Positions 39,369-41,129 of a stretch of DNA of 41,129 nt are shown here, in pieces (positions within the stretch are counted from its first letter, which is position 1; each line of letters opens with the position of its first letter). The translations under genes were made by a program, and so were the position numbers. Source of the stretch: Gammaproteobacteria bacterium (GTDB lineage: Bacteria; Pseudomonadota; Gammaproteobacteria; Magnimaribacterales; D2472); contig CBFHRY010000001.1 of NCBI GenBank assembly GCA_965658385.1, forward strand, positions 21,334 through 62,462. Reading direction: 5' to 3'. Under the pieces are notes generated by a model, which saw only the letters and a list, made by a program, of their open reading frames with translations, had not been told where the DNA came from and made no database searches.

Positions 39369-39654
39369 TCACATTCAGATAGAAAACCTGTGTAAGTCTA
39401 TATTCTCTGATATGGATAGCATTAGATATAGCCTTGAAGATAAAAAGATCTTAGTTCACCACAACGACAGCACAAACCCTGATGCAGCATCAATAGAATT
39501 TGAGGAATATGAGGACAAATTCAGCGTAGCTTATTGGGATGGCTATTCACTCGCAGAAGATTTTGAATCAAATAACATCAAAGATGCTCTAAAGGCTTTT
39601 AAAAGATTTTCAAAAAAACTTCACAAAAATATTTCTAGGTTCCAAAAGGATTGA
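39343..39654 (+). CDS. hypothetical protein (start uncertain)
   Basis: The frame is open from TTG 39319. In-frame ATGs lie at 39343 and 39412, and none has a clear SD. I recognise no family. The first two starts overlap the DUF2805 gene in another frame. Confidence 0.45.
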   Translation: MIRTNIKSNHIQIENLCKSIFSDMDSIRYSLEDKKILVHHNDSTNPDAASIEFEEYEDKFSVAYWDGYSLAEDFESNNIKDALKAFKRFSKKLHKNISRFQKD

Positions 39655-39657
39655 AAA

Positions 39658-39742
39658 TGGTGCCCCATGCCTGAGTCGAACAGGCACTCCCGAAGGAACG
39701 CGATTTTGAATCGCGCGCGTCTACCAATTCCGCCAATAGGGC
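39658..39742 (-). tRNA. tRNA-Leu (anticodon CAA), CCA-encoded
   Basis: The reverse complement is GCCCTATTGGCGGAATTGGTAGACGCGCGCGATTCAAAATCGCGTTCCTTCGGGAGTGCCTGTTCGACTCAGGCATGGGGCACCA. It has a 7-bp acceptor stem (one G-U pair), a D-arm, an anticodon stem CGCGA/TCGCG with loop TTCAAAA, a long variable arm with a TTCG loop, a T-arm GCCTG/CAGGC and a terminal CCA. Confidence 0.93.
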
Positions 39743-39750
39743 ACGGTGGC

Positions 39751-39756
39751 ATTGTA
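39751..39756 (-). promoter_or_regulatory. candidate -10 element for tRNA-Leu
   Basis: TACAAT on the minus strand, 8 nt upstream of the mature tRNA 5' end. I found no convincing -35. Confidence 0.3.
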
Positions 39757-39789
39757 GCTAACTATCAAGTCTTTTAAAATCACCATCTT

Positions 39790-41129
<1,340 letters not shown>

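Noticed and set aside
39658-39742. tRNA-Leu as an integration hotspot marking a genomic island.
   Set aside because: There is no integrase, no duplicated tRNA 3' fragment that I could see, and no compositional change. Both flanks are ordinary genes (small conserved ORFs on one side, queA-tgt on the other).

Overview
This is an AT-rich window (about one-third G+C by eye). It is very compact: about 95% coding by my coordinates, with many 1-11 bp same-strand overlaps and three convergent gene pairs whose 3' ends overlap. It looks like core chromosome of a gammaproteobacterium. I call about 48 protein genes and one tRNA-Leu(CAA).

Gene order, left to right:
- groES(end)-groEL, a membrane protein, then yfjD/ypjD-like membrane genes on the minus strand.
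- The rpsP-rimM-trmD-rplS operon.
- xerD-dsbC-alaC-like-hom-thrC-prfB-lysS.
- A minus-strand run: alkB-like, mdh, two hypotheticals.
- An SDR gene.
- A minus-strand nrdA-nrdB-GST unit.
- glpK, serA, ung, ygfZ, sdhE.
- rpoE-rseA-like-degP/mucD-lepA-lepB-rnc-era-recO-acpS-adk-tsaB-uppP-rsmJ.
- Three small ORFs, tRNA-Leu, queA and the start of tgt.

The synteny (mucD-lepA-lepB-rnc-era-recO, xerD-dsbC-hom-thrC) and the long NrdA/NrdB forms resemble Pseudomonas/Oceanospirillales-type genomes. The composition and compaction suggest a streamlined marine lineage. That is an inference, not a demonstration.

I see no transposase, phage integrase, CRISPR array, toxin-antitoxin pair or recognisable defence cassette. 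I do not find a convincing novel multi-gene system. The points most worth a second look are:
1. Perfect DnaA boxes concentrated in the two longest intergenic regions: a triple-box cluster upstream of ung, and two boxes flanking a pair of NrdR boxes between nrdA and glpK.
2. A GST gene whose conserved N-terminus has no canonical start codon and abuts the nrdB stop codon in frame.
3. Long acidic low-complexity extensions on ribosomal proteins S16 (tandem-repeat tail) and probably L19.
4. A prfB gene without the programmed +1 frameshift.
5. An untracked 54-codon Met-rich ORF.

All family assignments come from motif recognition and synteny by eye. No searches were run.
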